Origin: Acidobacteriota bacterium
GTDB lineage: Bacteria > Acidobacteriota > UBA890 > WLXD01
DNA length: 64,000 nucleotides
Reading direction: 5' to 3'
NCBI GenBank assembly: GCA_963666055.2
Contig: CAXWPH010000015.1
Coordinates: 1,792,001 to 1,856,000 of the forward strand
Shown here: positions 49,237 through 58,500 of the stretch, one piece after another
Numbering within the stretch: position 1 is the first letter of the stretch
How the letters are laid out: each line of letters begins with the position of its first letter
Position numbers and translations under genes: made by a program
Notes under the pieces: generated by a model
What the model was told of the DNA's origin: nothing
What the model saw: only the letters and a program-made list of their open reading frames with translations
Database searches by the model: none

Positions 49237-49360
49237 CGTGGTCACGCCCCTGACGCTCGAACACTGCGCGCGCGTCACGCAAGAAGTAGGCAAAGATCAC
49301 TACCGCGCTCGCCGCCAGCACCAGCGCGTTGATCCAGGTAAACAGGTCCCAACCATTCAT
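49229..49360 (-). CDS. 43-aa single-TM small protein
   Basis: MNGWDLFTWINALVLAASAVVIFAYFLRD...; ATGA-coupled to the upstream remnant and overlapping the MOSC start. Confidence 0.65.
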   Translation of the reverse strand: MNGWDLFTWINALVLAASAVVIFAYFLRDARAVFERQGRDHDE

Positions 49361-49660
49361 GGCCGCACTCCCTGGCCCGCCACTGTTTCGCTGTCGCCAA
49401 CCGGCGCCGTTGGCAGACTGCCGAACAAGGTACCAATGACGAAACCGACCAGGCTCATCGGCAGGCTGAAGTACAAAGCGTATTCCCGCCAGATAGTGAA
49501 GGTATCGCTGCCGATCGAGACCGGCCAGATATAGGTGGTGTAGATCTCGTTGTATGTGCCAACGCGCGCCAGCCACAAGTAGAACACGATCATGCTCACG
49601 AGCCCGACGATGCCCACCCGCGTAAGCGAAAGCAGCTCGGCGTCGGTAAGGTCGGGCTTT
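49357..49660 (-). pseudogene. C-terminal remnant of a sodium:solute symporter-like membrane protein
   Basis: KPDLTDAELLSLTRVGIVG followed by hydrophobic helices; no N-terminal part present. Confidence 0.55.
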
Positions 49661-49664
49661 GGTA

Positions 49665-49805
49665 GCGGACGACCGTCTCTTCTACAAGCGAGCCTTCGAG
49701 GGCGTCCGGCTGGCCGAGATCGAAGCCACGACGCTCGCCGACGTGATTCGCCGGAACACTCGTATCGAAGGCGAGATCGCCGACGACGTGTTCACCTCGC
49801 GGTGA
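49665..49805 (+). pseudogene. C-terminal remnant of an animal-type heme peroxidase family protein
   Basis: Manual translation DRLFYKRAFEGVRLAEIEATTLADVIRRNTRIEGEIADDVFTSR*, resembling the GDRF.Y...TLADII.RNT...DVF end of the family; no start codon. Confidence 0.6.
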
Positions 49806-49863
49806 AATCAGAGCGCATCGCGGCTCGAGCGTAACGAGCTCCTGCGACGCCCGCGGCGCCCGG

Positions 49864-50856
49864 TTACTGGGGTCGAGCGAGCGCCAAATCGATCTCCGTC
49901 GCCGTCCGGACGCTGAAGAAACGATAGTCACTGTACCGGTGCTCAACCCGGAAGAGTCGGTCGTGGTCGATGCCGTCACGCAGCATCTCCGCTGCTATGG
50001 TCCGATAGTTCTCGTCGCTCGGCTGCACCAAGCTCACGCCGGTGCCGATAAGCATCGCCCGGCTCGGGAAGCGCATGCCGTTGGTGTCCTTCTCGAAGTC
50101 CGACCGCGCCCAGGTGAACAGATAACCCCCCAACGGGGGCACCGGTACAGCGTCCACTGCCCGCAGGACGGCCAGCACCTCTTGCGACTGCACCGCATCC
50201 ACACGCAGCAGTTGGTATCGATCGGCGTCTATCCAGGCGCGGCCGAACCAGTCGTTCCGACCGGCCTGGTACGGCGCCCGCGGATCGAACCGCACCACGA
50301 AGGCAGGCCGTCCGTGGATCTCGTCTCGACCCTCCAGGGCGAAGTCGAAGTAGTCGCGGAGGCCAGGCTGGAAAACGAAGACCCACGAGTAGGCGCGCTC
50401 GAGATAGGCCGGCAACCCGATGTCGCCCAACATGATCGTCGGCGCCGCGCCGTCGTTCTGTTTGCCGCGTGCCGTCCGGTAGTCTTGCAGCCGCCCAGCA
50501 GAGGTGCCCGCTGTTGGCGCCGCTTCAACATCCGCCGCGGCAGCATCATCGAAGGGCAAGACGTCGGAGGCAGGCGCCTCGTCGAAGACGTAGAAGTAGT
50601 CGAAGAAATGCGTCGTTCGCCGCGCCACCCGATTCTGCACCCTATAGCGTGTATCGGTAATGCGCTCCACGCACGTAAAGCTCAGTGCGCTGTCTCGGTA
50701 TAACCCCGCCACCCGGCTCATGACGTCGAGCAGCGCCTCGAGCTCCGGGAGCTGTGCCGACCGAGGCGTCGTCGAGCGAGCCACAGCCGGTAGTAGCATC
50801 ATCATCGCCGCGAACAGTAGAGCGACTGCGTGGCGCCGTTTCTTCAATATCACCAT
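49864..50856 (-). CDS. Secreted hypothetical protein
   Basis: Signal peptide; F.C.E, GRAWID..YQLLRV, YSDYRFFSV pattern recalled from acidobacterial beta-rich periplasmic domains. Confidence 0.65.
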   Translation of the reverse strand: MVILKKRRHAVALLFAAMMMLLPAVARSTTPRSAQLPELEALLDVMSRVAGLYRDSALSFTCVERITDTRYRVQNRVARRTTHFFDYFYVFDEAPASDVLPFDDAAAADVEAAPTAGTSAGRLQDYRTARGKQNDGAAPTIMLGDIGLPAYLERAYSWVFVFQPGLRDYFDFALEGRDEIHGRPAFVVRFDPRAPYQAGRNDWFGRAWIDADRYQLLRVDAVQSQEVLAVLRAVDAVPVPPLGGYLFTWARSDFEKDTNGMRFPSRAMLIGTGVSLVQPSDENYRTIAAEMLRDGIDHDRLFRVEHRYSDYRFFSVRTATEIDLALARPQ

Positions 50857-51203
50857 CACACCTCGAGCAGTTGGAGCTCGCGGCCAGTCTAGCCGCTGGC
50901 GATGCCGTGACGCACGGAGGCCGCGCCAGTGCGGTGGCCTGGCCTCGCGGACGGCGATGAGCGGACGAGCTCGCGGATCGCTCGCCGAAGCTCAACCAAT
51001 CGCGCAGCGCCAGGTCGACGCTGTCGCGGATGCCGGCACGGCGGTCAATCCAGCGAGCCCACCGCCCACGACGACCGCGTCTGCCTTGTACGTGGAACCC
51101 ACGTCGGCTCCTTGTCTGCATCAGGGGCGACATAGTGGCCGCCGGAGCAACGATGGGGCAGCATGGTGGCAGCGTCAACATCCAGGAGTGAGGTCGACAT
51201 CAG

Positions 51204-52184
51204 ATGTTCGCATCCGTCATTGGCACCGTCGCACTAGCGCTTTCGCCGGTGCCGCCGTCGCAAGCCGCGATGAACGAAGTGGAAGCCGCGCCGCGGGCGG
51301 GGGTCATCGAGTACCTGGAGCGCTACGCCGCCGGTGATGCCGACGGCGCTGGCCAGAGCAGGCAGCGCACCGTGCGTGCTCGCGTGCAGCCGCGCCCGGG
51401 TGCGCCGCCCGAGGAAATCGACATGAGGGTGCACGAATCGCCGGTCGACCCGCCCTCGGTCGCGGCCGCGGACGCTGATCTCGCCGATGACGAGCTCGTC
51501 CTCGGACTGATTGTCGACGGCCAGCCGATGGCCTATCCGATCCGTTATCTGGCGCCCTACGAGGTGCTCAACGACGTCGTCGGATCGACCGCGCTGGCTC
51601 CGACCTGGTGACCGCTTACCGGATCGGGCGTCGTGTACGCTCGTCGTCATGGGGATCGCGATCTGACATTCGATTTTGCCGAAGGCCTGGTCGACGACAA
51701 CCTCCTGGTGGTAGATCGCGAGACTAGCAGCGTCTGGTCGCAGCTGGCCGGCAAAGCGATCGCCGGCGAGCTGAAGGACACCCCGCTGCGGGCCATACCC
51801 GCCCTGCAGGCCACCTGGGGTTTCTGGCGACAACGACATCCTGAGTCGAGAGTCATGACGTTGCCCGACGAACGGGGTCGACCCTACGTGTACTCCGGGT
51901 TTGTGCCCGGTGAGCCACGATCGCCAAGCGGCGACCACGATACCTCGACGCTCGGGCTCGGTCTGGCCATCGGTAACGAGGCCTGGTTCTTTCCCTTCCC
52001 GGAGCTCGCCGGCGCCGACACGCCGGTGCGAATGAACGTCGGCGGAACCGCGATAGCCATCCACTTCGACGCCGAAGGACTGACGGCGTGGGCCGAGAAC
52101 GACGCCGGCGAGTTGCTGATGTCGGTGCTCGCTTACGAGCAGGGCTGGCGAAGCTTCTACCCGCATACGAGCACCTGGAGATAG
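51204..52184 (+). CDS. Secreted DUF3179-domain selenoprotein (UGA at 51609-51611 read as Sec)
   Basis: Two in-frame ORFs joined by TGA: AYPIRYL..EVLND..APTW-U-PLTGSG..NLLVVDRETSSVWSQLAGKAIAG..TWGFWRQRHPES..WRSFYPHT; hairpin downstream of the UGA. Confidence 0.85.
51622..51645 (+). promoter_or_regulatory. Bacterial SECIS-like hairpin
   Basis: GA(U)CGGGCGU-CGUGU-ACGCUCGUC; begins 11 nt after the UGA, has a bulged U, and the loop G is at +22. Confidence 0.7.
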
Positions 52185-52193
52185 CTGCCGACG

Positions 52194-53267
52194 ATGCTGG
52201 GCGCTAGCACGCCGCCGCCCTCAGCGAGCGAACTGTCGAGCCCTCCGCGGTCCAAGCTGTTCGCCATGATTGCAAGGTGGGGGATAGGTATCATCCTCGT
52301 CGGCGCCGCTGTCAACCTCGCCCTGGCCTGGCAATCGATACGCGTCGGAGCAGCCGGAACGCTGCGCTCCGTGGCACCGATATGGTTGGGTGTTGCTGTC
52401 GTCTTGGGAGTCGCACCTTGGTTCTTTACCGCCGCACGAGCGTGGATGTGGGCGCGGTTCTTTGGCACGCCCATCACGGCGCGCGACGCGCTGCGGGTGG
52501 GCGTTGGTACTGAGCTGGGATCATCGATCAGCCCCAAGGCAATCGGCGGCGCCCCCGTCAAGGTCGGCTTGCTCGTCGATAGCGGGGTGCGGACCGGCAC
52601 CGCAGCCTCGATGTTGATGTTGGACAACCTTGTCGACATCATGTTCTTCGTCGGCGTGGCTCCGGCGATCGCCTTGGCGACCTCCCGCTGGGCCCTGCCC
52701 GAGGTACAAGAAGTACTAGGTCGGGTGGTCGACAAAGTTGTCTTGGCGGCGCCGTGGATCGTCGCGGTCGTGGCGGTTGTCGCGGTCGTCGGAATGCTCC
52801 TTTTCATGCGGCGGCTTCGTGTCCGCGACCCAGCAGCCGACGCGGGCGGCATGCGCGGCGCCCTGGCGCGCCTGGGCGACGAATTCCTGTCGGCCTACGA
52901 GCTAGTTGGCAAGCACGGCAAGACCCGGTTCCTGGTCGCGGTCGTAATGACTACCGGCCTCTGGGTGACACGCTGCTCGGTGGCCACGGCGGTGCTCTAC
53001 GGCCTCGGAGCCGGGGTCGACCCGGTGTTGTTCTTTCTGCTGCAGTGGGTGGTGTTCATGATGATGGTGTTCGTACCCACTCCGGGTGCGGCGCTTGGTG
53101 CCGAAGCATCTTTTGGCGCCGTGATCGATGGCTTCGTGGCGGAGGGAATCCTCGGAATCGTCACCGCCGGCTGGCGATTCTTCAGCTTTTACTTGCCGTT
53201 GCTGCTGGGGCTGGCGGTGATGCCGCTACTGGGAACCAGACGAGGCGGCGCTGGTGCCCACTCCTGA
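52194..53267 (+). CDS. LPG-synthase-like/flippase (UPF0104) membrane protein
   Basis: SP.AIGGAP, FVPTPGAALGAE, WRFFSFY; multiple TM segments. Confidence 0.8.
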   Translation: MLGASTPPPSASELSSPPRSKLFAMIARWGIGIILVGAAVNLALAWQSIRVGAAGTLRSVAPIWLGVAVVLGVAPWFFTAARAWMWARFFGTPITARDALRVGVGTELGSSISPKAIGGAPVKVGLLVDSGVRTGTAASMLMLDNLVDIMFFVGVAPAIALATSRWALPEVQEVLGRVVDKVVLAAPWIVAVVAVVAVVGMLLFMRRLRVRDPAADAGGMRGALARLGDEFLSAYELVGKHGKTRFLVAVVMTTGLWVTRCSVATAVLYGLGAGVDPVLFFLLQWVVFMMMVFVPTPGAALGAEASFGAVIDGFVAEGILGIVTAGWRFFSFYLPLLLGLAVMPLLGTRRGGAGAHS

Positions 53268-53584
53268 CGCCGGCGCCCCCGCCGATTGTCGTCGCGGTCG
53301 CCGCTGAGCCCTTGGTTGTCCACCCTGGACTGCAGCTCATGAATAGCGCACACCGGGGACAACGTCCACCGACGCGGTGAACTCAGCGATGAGCAGGCTT
53401 GCGTAGACCGCGGTGCTGGTGTCGCCTCGCGACGCCACCCCGCGCGGCTGCGAGCCACCGCGAAAGTCAGAGGGTAGCCGGTACGTGATTGGCGCGGGTG
53501 AGATGCCGGGACGATCAATCGTAGGTACCGGATAGCGTGCATCGGTGCGTCCTGCCAGCGGCCACGTGACGAGGTTGTCTCGTC

Positions 53585-54176
53585 ATGGCCGGATTCGGCA
53601 CCCGGCTTGAAGACCATGCGTCGACGTCGGCGGATCTGCCGTTCCTGGTCATGCGCGCCTCGAGTGCCTGGAGCGAATCGTTGAGCTCCTCGATCGAGCG
53701 CCGAGTCGAGCTCGACCGCCTCGTTGCCGAGCTCACGGAACAGAGTCAGCTCCACATCGAAGAGGCCGAAGCAAGCCTCGCGGAACGCGACTCGAGTATC
53801 GAGCGCTTCGAGCAGCGCCTCGCCCAGCAAACCGAGATGCTAGCAAGACGCGACCAGCAAGTAAAGAACGATCGCGAGCGCATCGAATCGCTCCAGGCAG
53901 ACGTCGAGGAGCGCACCGCGGCAACGGAGCGGTCGCTTCGAGAGCGCGACCTGGAGACGGACCGCATGCGCCGTACGCTCGAGGCGCAGCTGGAGGAGAT
54001 CCAAACATCCGATGAGACCGTACAGCGCCTAGAACAGGAGGTAACGGGCGTGCGTTCGTTGCTCGATCAGGAGCGCGCCCAGGCCCTAGACGCACAAGCA
54101 CGGTTGGGAACGCGTGCAGGGAGCGCGCGCGGCGGCGCAAGGGGAATTCGGCGTAGGGTACGGATCGACCGAATAG
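53585..54176 (+). CDS. Coiled-coil hypothetical protein (3' end probably frameshifted near 54107)
   Basis: E/R/Q/L heptad-rich; the called ORF drifts into non-coding-like sequence overlapping the next gene; removing one G gives a stop at 54176, removing two gives 54156. Confidence 0.5.
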
Positions 54177-54261
54177 GCTCGCACGTCGGCCGGCTCAGCC
54201 GCCCCGACAGAAAGACCCGGGTGTGGCCACTTCAGCGACTCCGACGAAGCGGAAGTACGAA

Positions 54262-55161
54262 TCACCGAGCAGCGGCCAGCTTCGCCGCTTGCTCAGCGAG
54301 TCGCGGAGATCTGAGATCGTCAGCCAGCGCCGCGAACCCGTCCGTCGGACCCTCCCATCGCAGGGCCTCGGCCGATACAACGATCGCGTCGGTGCGCAGC
54401 GTCGCCAGGTCTCGAAACAAGAGCACGTCGTCCCAGCTCTCGGCAAGCGTAGCGGCTAGCTTTTGAGCTCCTCTCACCTGGACCTTCCAGGCCTCGGCCT
54501 GGCGCGGGATCGCCTCCAGGTAAACGTATTGACGCAGCAGCGTCGAGGTGGATTTTGCGCCCCAGCCTCGCACCCCCGGATAGCCATCGGCACTATCGCC
54601 GACCAGCGCCAAGTAGTCGGGGATCGAGCCCGGCAGCACACCGAATTTCTCCAGCACACCGGCTACTCCACGCACCGTCCGCGCTCGACGATCCAGCTGT
54701 ACGACGCGATCATCGACCACGCACTGCGCCAGGTCCTTGTCGGGCGTACAGATGAACACCCGGCGTACCGAGCTGTCGGATGTGAGCCCCGCAGCGGCAG
54801 ATGCCAGCGCGTCGTCCGCCTCGTACTTGCGCATCGGCCACACGACAATGCCCATCGCCTCCAAAGCCCGCTCGAGCGGTTCGAATTGCCCCAACAGCTC
54901 AGGATCGATGTCGTCCCCGCGCTTGTAGTCACCCCACATCTCGTTGCGAAACGACTCGATCACGTGGTCCGTTGCCACGCCGATGTGCGTCGCGCCGTCA
55001 CGCAGCAATCCGAGCATCGAGGCTAGTACACCGCGCACCGCACCGACCTCCAGGCCGGCGCCATCCTGGCTTCGCGGCACGGCATAGAAATGCCTGAACA
55101 GCTCGTACGTGCCGTCGACCAGGTGCACGTCCGTCCTAGGTGCTGCTCCGCTGGCGCTCAT
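54262..55161 (-). CDS. 5'-3' exonuclease/flap endonuclease (H3TH)
   Basis: HLVDGTYELFR, YEADD, TPDKDLAQ, LALVGDSADGYPG..GWGAK. Confidence 0.92.
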   Translation of the reverse strand: MSASGAAPRTDVHLVDGTYELFRHFYAVPRSQDGAGLEVGAVRGVLASMLGLLRDGATHIGVATDHVIESFRNEMWGDYKRGDDIDPELLGQFEPLERALEAMGIVVWPMRKYEADDALASAAAGLTSDSSVRRVFICTPDKDLAQCVVDDRVVQLDRRARTVRGVAGVLEKFGVLPGSIPDYLALVGDSADGYPGVRGWGAKSTSTLLRQYVYLEAIPRQAEAWKVQVRGAQKLAATLAESWDDVLLFRDLATLRTDAIVVSAEALRWEGPTDGFAALADDLRSPRLAEQAAKLAAAR

Positions 55162-55281
55162 TCGACCCAGTGTAGACGGCAGCGCAGGCGTGTGGCCCCC
55201 GTTCGCGATCAGGCGCGCATGCGTGCCGGGCAGAAGAAGCCCTTCTGGCGACACGGCTGCGCAACTGTCGGCGACTTTCGG

Positions 55282-56013
55282 CTACCCGTTAGCTGACGCC
55301 GACGCCACCTCAGCTCGGCCACGCGCCCGCTCCGTGATGCCATCGAGAAAACTGCTGTTGGCGGCCGCCAGGCTCGCAAAGCGTGCCGCGTCGAGCATCT
55401 CGTCGGCACTCGTGACGAATTCTCCGTGCGGCAACGGATCGTAGCGCTTCAAGACATCGGCGACGACTTCAGACGTCAGCTCAGGGTGAAATTGCAGCCC
55501 GAGAACATTGGCGCCCCAGCTGAAGGCCTGGTTCTCGCACGCCTCGTTCCGGGCCAGCCGAACGGCACCGCGAGGCAGATCGAAGGTGTCGAAGTGCCAC
55601 TGCATGACGGCGAGCTCGGGGGCAAAGAAGGGCGCTAAGCGCCCGTCCAGTCGGCCTTCGGCGGTCGACTCGATGACGTGCCAGCCGAGCTCGGGATGGC
55701 GATGGCGCACCACGCGCGCTCCCAGGACGCGGGCGACTATCTGACCTCCCAGACAAATGCCCAGAACGTGAATGTCGGTTTCGATGGCGCGCTCCACGAA
55801 GTCCAGCTCCTCCAGCAGCCAGGCGTGCTCGTGCTCGTCGCAAGCTCCCATCGGACCGCCCAAGATGATGAGCAGGTCGATGCCCTCGAGGCCAGGGAAG
55901 CTCTCCCCGGCGTAGGGTCGCGTCTCGGTGATCTCCCAGCCACGCCGTAGCCCCCAGGGCCGTATGTTGCCGAGGCCGACGGCAGGCAGATGGCGAACGT
56001 AGTGCAAGCGCAT
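55282..56013 (-). CDS. Type 1 glutamine amidotransferase
   Basis: ILGGPM, LGICLGGQ, WHFDTF, LQFHPE. Confidence 0.9.
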   Translation of the reverse strand: MRLHYVRHLPAVGLGNIRPWGLRRGWEITETRPYAGESFPGLEGIDLLIILGGPMGACDEHEHAWLLEELDFVERAIETDIHVLGICLGGQIVARVLGARVVRHRHPELGWHVIESTAEGRLDGRLAPFFAPELAVMQWHFDTFDLPRGAVRLARNEACENQAFSWGANVLGLQFHPELTSEVVADVLKRYDPLPHGEFVTSADEMLDAARFASLAAANSSFLDGITERARGRAEVASASANG

Positions 56014-56161
56014 GCCACCAGTGTATCCGGGGGCAGCGGGCGTTTCCTCCGGGAGCTTGACGCTCCTCCGTGATCTCGCCAGCAAGACCCACGTTCCAGA
56101 CACCAGAGTTTTTCAGCGCCCTGCTAGACGGCACGGCATCCGCCGGTGCAAGGTTGCCGGC

Positions 56162-56749
56162 ATGCGAACCTTCCTCCTCGTTCTGGTCGCCGCCAGCCTG
56201 GCAGTACCGGCCGGCGCCGACACGGTCTGGCTCGCGAACGGCCGTGTCCTGCAGGTCGAGGATGCACGCATCGAGAACGGCAGGGTGGTTTTTCGAGCCT
56301 ACGGCGTGGAGGTGGCGATGCCGGCCGACCTCGTGCGCCAGATCCGGCGCGACGACGGTCGCTCTCCGGGGTCTGTGCCCCGCACCATCAATGCCCGGCC
56401 GGCTGATGGCGATCCGGGGCGTCGACCCGCGACACGCGTCCGCGAGCGACGTCCGCCGATCGCCCCGCCTGCGCCGGAACCCGAGAGCTTCTATCTCGAT
56501 CCCGCCGGCCGCGCGTACTGGGAGGAGAAGATGGCTTGGCTACGCGAGCAGATATCGAGCCTGGAAGCTGGGCAGGAGCGTAGACGCGACGGCCCCCGAG
56601 CAGGCGGCGACTACCGCTCCGCCCGCCGGACAGCGAATCGTCGGGAGCTACAGGCCTGGCGTGCCCTCGAGAGTGCCCTGCGAGCTGAGGCGCGCCGCCT
56701 GGGCGTGCCGTCGGATTGGTTGCGGCTCGACCGCCGACTCGGCGACTGA
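56162..56749 (+). CDS. Secreted hypothetical protein
   Basis: Signal peptide, ADTVWLANGR, coiled-coil, ARRLGVPSDWLR end. Confidence 0.65.
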   Translation: MRTFLLVLVAASLAVPAGADTVWLANGRVLQVEDARIENGRVVFRAYGVEVAMPADLVRQIRRDDGRSPGSVPRTINARPADGDPGRRPATRVRERRPPIAPPAPEPESFYLDPAGRAYWEEKMAWLREQISSLEAGQERRRDGPRAGGDYRSARRTANRRELQAWRALESALRAEARRLGVPSDWLRLDRRLGD

Positions 56750-56771
56750 GCCTCTCGGAGAAGGCTCGACG

Positions 56772-57695
56772 ATGAAGCCCACGACACGCCGGCGATTTCT
56801 GGGACAGTCAGCTGCACTAGGGGCGGTCGCGGCGCTTCCTGCCGTTTCGGCGCACCGCCGAGAAAGCGACCCGTGGTTCAGCATCTCGTTGGCGGAATGG
56901 TCGCAGCACCGGGCCCTGCTCGGGGGTGAGCTCGACCATCTCGACTTCATCAACGGTGCCCGTACTACGTTCGGCATTGATGCGGTCGAGTACGTCAATG
57001 TGTTCTTTTTCGACCGCGCGCGCGACACAGCCTACCTGCAGGAGATGCGGGCGCGTTGCGACGGTGAGGGCGTTCGCAGCTTGCTGATCATGTGCGACCG
57101 TGAGGGGCGGCTCGGAGATCCGGACGCGGCGGCACGTACTCAGGCGATCGAGAACCATCACAAGTGGGTCGAGGCTGCTGCCTTCCTCGGCTGTCACAGC
57201 ATTCGGGTAAACGCCGCATCCGAGGGCACTTGGGAGGAACAGAGCCGGCTGGCCGCAGATGGGTTGCGACGCCTTACAGAGTTCGCCTCGGATCATGGCT
57301 TGAGCGTACTGGTTGAAAACCACGGCGGCCTATCGAGCAACGGCAAGTGGCTCGCCGAGACGATCCGCCGCGGTGCCCATCCAGGGCTCGGCACCCTGCC
57401 CGACTTCGGCAACTTCCGGATCGCGGACGATGACTGGTATGACTTTTACCTCGGCGTCGAGGAGCTCATGCCCATGGCGCGCGCCGTGAGCGCCAAGTCG
57501 TACGACTTCGGACCCGACGGCAACGAGATCCGTCTCGACTACGACCGCCTGCTGCGCATCGTCGGCAACGCAGGGTACCGGGGCCGGGTCGGCATCGAGT
57601 ACGAGGGCGAGCGCTTGTCGGAGCCCGACGGGATCCGCGCCACCAAGGCGCTGCTCGAGCGAGTCCGCAACGAGCTTGCCAGCGAGATGTCCTGA
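56772..57695 (+). CDS. Tat-exported sugar phosphate isomerase/epimerase (TIM barrel)
   Basis: TRRRFL, ISLAEWS, VENHGG, LPDFGNF, VSAKS, GIEYEG. Confidence 0.9.
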   Translation: MKPTTRRRFLGQSAALGAVAALPAVSAHRRESDPWFSISLAEWSQHRALLGGELDHLDFINGARTTFGIDAVEYVNVFFFDRARDTAYLQEMRARCDGEGVRSLLIMCDREGRLGDPDAAARTQAIENHHKWVEAAAFLGCHSIRVNAASEGTWEEQSRLAADGLRRLTEFASDHGLSVLVENHGGLSSNGKWLAETIRRGAHPGLGTLPDFGNFRIADDDWYDFYLGVEELMPMARAVSAKSYDFGPDGNEIRLDYDRLLRIVGNAGYRGRVGIEYEGERLSEPDGIRATKALLERVRNELASEMS

Positions 57696-57737
57696 AGCGT
57701 GCGATCGACGCGCGAATCCGGCTGTGATATGTCGCCG

Positions 57738-58469
57738 TCACGGCGCGGCGGTCAAGTCCTTGATCCGGATGTTGCGGAACCAGACCGAGCTGTCGTGGTC
57801 GTGGTTCTGCAACCCCACGTAGCCGGAGGCGGCGAAGTCGGCAATCTTCCCGCGTGGCTCCGCATCCCAATCGACCACCATCTCGCCGTTGATCTCGACA
57901 GCGATGTGATCACCAACGAAGGTCACTCGCATGTGGTTCCAGTCGCCCGTCGGGCGAGAGGCCAAGCGCGTCGCCGGTTCCGCGTCGTAGACTGCGCCGG
58001 TCCGATGGATCCCCTCCTCCGTGGCATCGTAGATCTGGATCTCGAACGAGTGATAGATGTAGTCGTTGCTACTCGGGACACCCGGAACGCGGACAAACAC
58101 CCCGGAATTCGTTTCCAGCTTGCTGGTCTTGAACTCGAGCGCGAGCGCGAAGTCGGAGTACTCGCGGGCGCTGTACCACATGAGCCCCATGCCGCCGTGC
58201 GACTCGAGCACGCCGGTCTCCCCATCGAGCACGAAGTAACCCGGTCCGTAGTGGTTCCACCCGCCCTTGTGAAAGACGCCCTCGTCGTTCTGCTGGATCA
58301 GCTCTTCGAAACCGTCTGAGCTCGCCGACATCGTCTCCTCCAGCGGCGGAATCGCGCTCGCCTCGCTGCCTGCAGGCAGCGAACGTACGGCGCCGACACC
58401 GATGACAGCTGCAGCGCCGACGCTGAACACGATGGCGGGTAGTGGCAGTCGTCTCACGTCATGGATCAT
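57738..58469 (-). CDS. DUF1080 (3-keto-disaccharide hydrolase/lyase-like) protein
   Basis: NSGVFVR, EIQIYD, TGAVYD, GDWN, GYVGLQNH, FRNIRIK. Confidence 0.9.
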   Translation of the reverse strand: MIHDVRRLPLPAIVFSVGAAAVIGVGAVRSLPAGSEASAIPPLEETMSASSDGFEELIQQNDEGVFHKGGWNHYGPGYFVLDGETGVLESHGGMGLMWYSAREYSDFALALEFKTSKLETNSGVFVRVPGVPSSNDYIYHSFEIQIYDATEEGIHRTGAVYDAEPATRLASRPTGDWNHMRVTFVGDHIAVEINGEMVVDWDAEPRGKIADFAASGYVGLQNHDHDSSVWFRNIRIKDLTAAP

Positions 58470-58500
58470 CAGGGGATCTCCTGCTGTAGAGGCAGCGGCT

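Noticed and set aside
56070-56771. Apparent 541-aa fusion ORF ending in the isomerase
   Set aside because: The upstream part overlaps a better ORF in another frame; the Tat leader starts at 56772
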